This document shows positions 63,601-64,000 of a stretch of DNA of 64,000 nucleotides, piece after piece. The stretch's first letter is position 1; every line of letters begins with the position of its first letter. The stretch spans positions 408,260-472,259 of the forward strand of contig RDEW01000036.1 in the NCBI GenBank assembly GCA_011109175.1, given 5' to 3'. This DNA comes from Dicyema japonicum. Its lineage: Eukaryota; Animalia; Dicyemida. The notes under the pieces were generated by a model. The model was not told where the DNA came from, did no database searches, and was given only the letters and a program-made list of their open reading frames with translations. A program made the position numbers and the translations under genes.

Positions 63601-64000
63601 GTCGTTATTTTCTCGACATTTGTCAATAAGATGAATGGATCTCACTAAGCTCACAAGTAAGAATTACATGGCTCGATGAACTGTATTTACATTTTTCTTA
63701 GATAGGGTGATGAGATCTTCCATATCTCTGAAATGCTTTTAAGTAGGTTAACCTCACATTTTGCCAGAGAATTTTCGATGTGCCATGAGAAGCAAATGTG
63801 ACTGAGTGAACAGGAAAAATTATTAAACAAAAATAATATTTAATTATTTATTTCAATGACACCTTGAAGCTACTCATAGTAGGAGGACTCTGTGGTAATA
63901 AGAACAGCTTGTTATCTAAGAAGCTACTCAGAAAAGGACGTTCACAGTGATGGAACGATAGACTTTTGGAGATAAATAATCCTCGCCAACTTCTTCAATT
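57642..64000 (+). repeat. Segmental duplication copy B, carrying an extra LINE insertion; runs off the window end
   Basis: Collinear with 6333-11129 apart from 58302-59889. Confidence 0.95.
58302..59877 (-). mobile_element. 5'-truncated Ingi/I-group LINE, young (one frameshift near 59420)
   Basis: 12-bp TSD GTGTTTTGTTAT at 58290-58301 and 59878-59889, with the empty site at 7045-7056. Motifs FRPISL, QHGFR, DLTKAFD, PQGS, YADD, LGVVFD and C-terminal LARLRCGH. Tail (AATTT)n. Confidence 0.93.

Overview
AT-rich eukaryotic genomic DNA with one assembly gap (24685-25000). It is dominated by decayed and rearranged non-LTR retrotransposons: three RTE-type copies, many Ingi/I-like 3' ends, and CRE-, R4-, CR1- and R2-like fragments. 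It also holds a tRNA-derived SINE family sharing its 3' tail with the RTE, DNA-transposon remnants (Tc1/IS630, pogo/Tigger, hAT/Buster, Ginger/Gypsy-type integrase), and a ~4.8 kb segmental duplication (6333-11129 / 57642-64000). Four host genes can be built by hand: a basonuclin/disco zinc-finger gene, a LAMP-like type I membrane protein, EFCAB2/DRC8 and a GT31 galactosyltransferase. Their introns are tiny (21-25 nt; one 32 nt), so the ORF track fragments or misses them. A ciliated metazoan with such introns points, by inference, to a dicyemid mesozoan. The strongest signals are: (i) a nested Ingi-like insertion with the full twin-priming 5'-inversion signature and an 11-bp TSD, plus a second 5'-inverted RTE; (ii) a 2A-like (StopGo) peptide in front of a LINE endonuclease; (iii) an RTE-partnered SINE with clean TSDs; (iv) a possible GT-GG micro-intron in EFCAB2. 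All alignments and protein-family assignments were made by eye from remembered motifs; no database searches were run.
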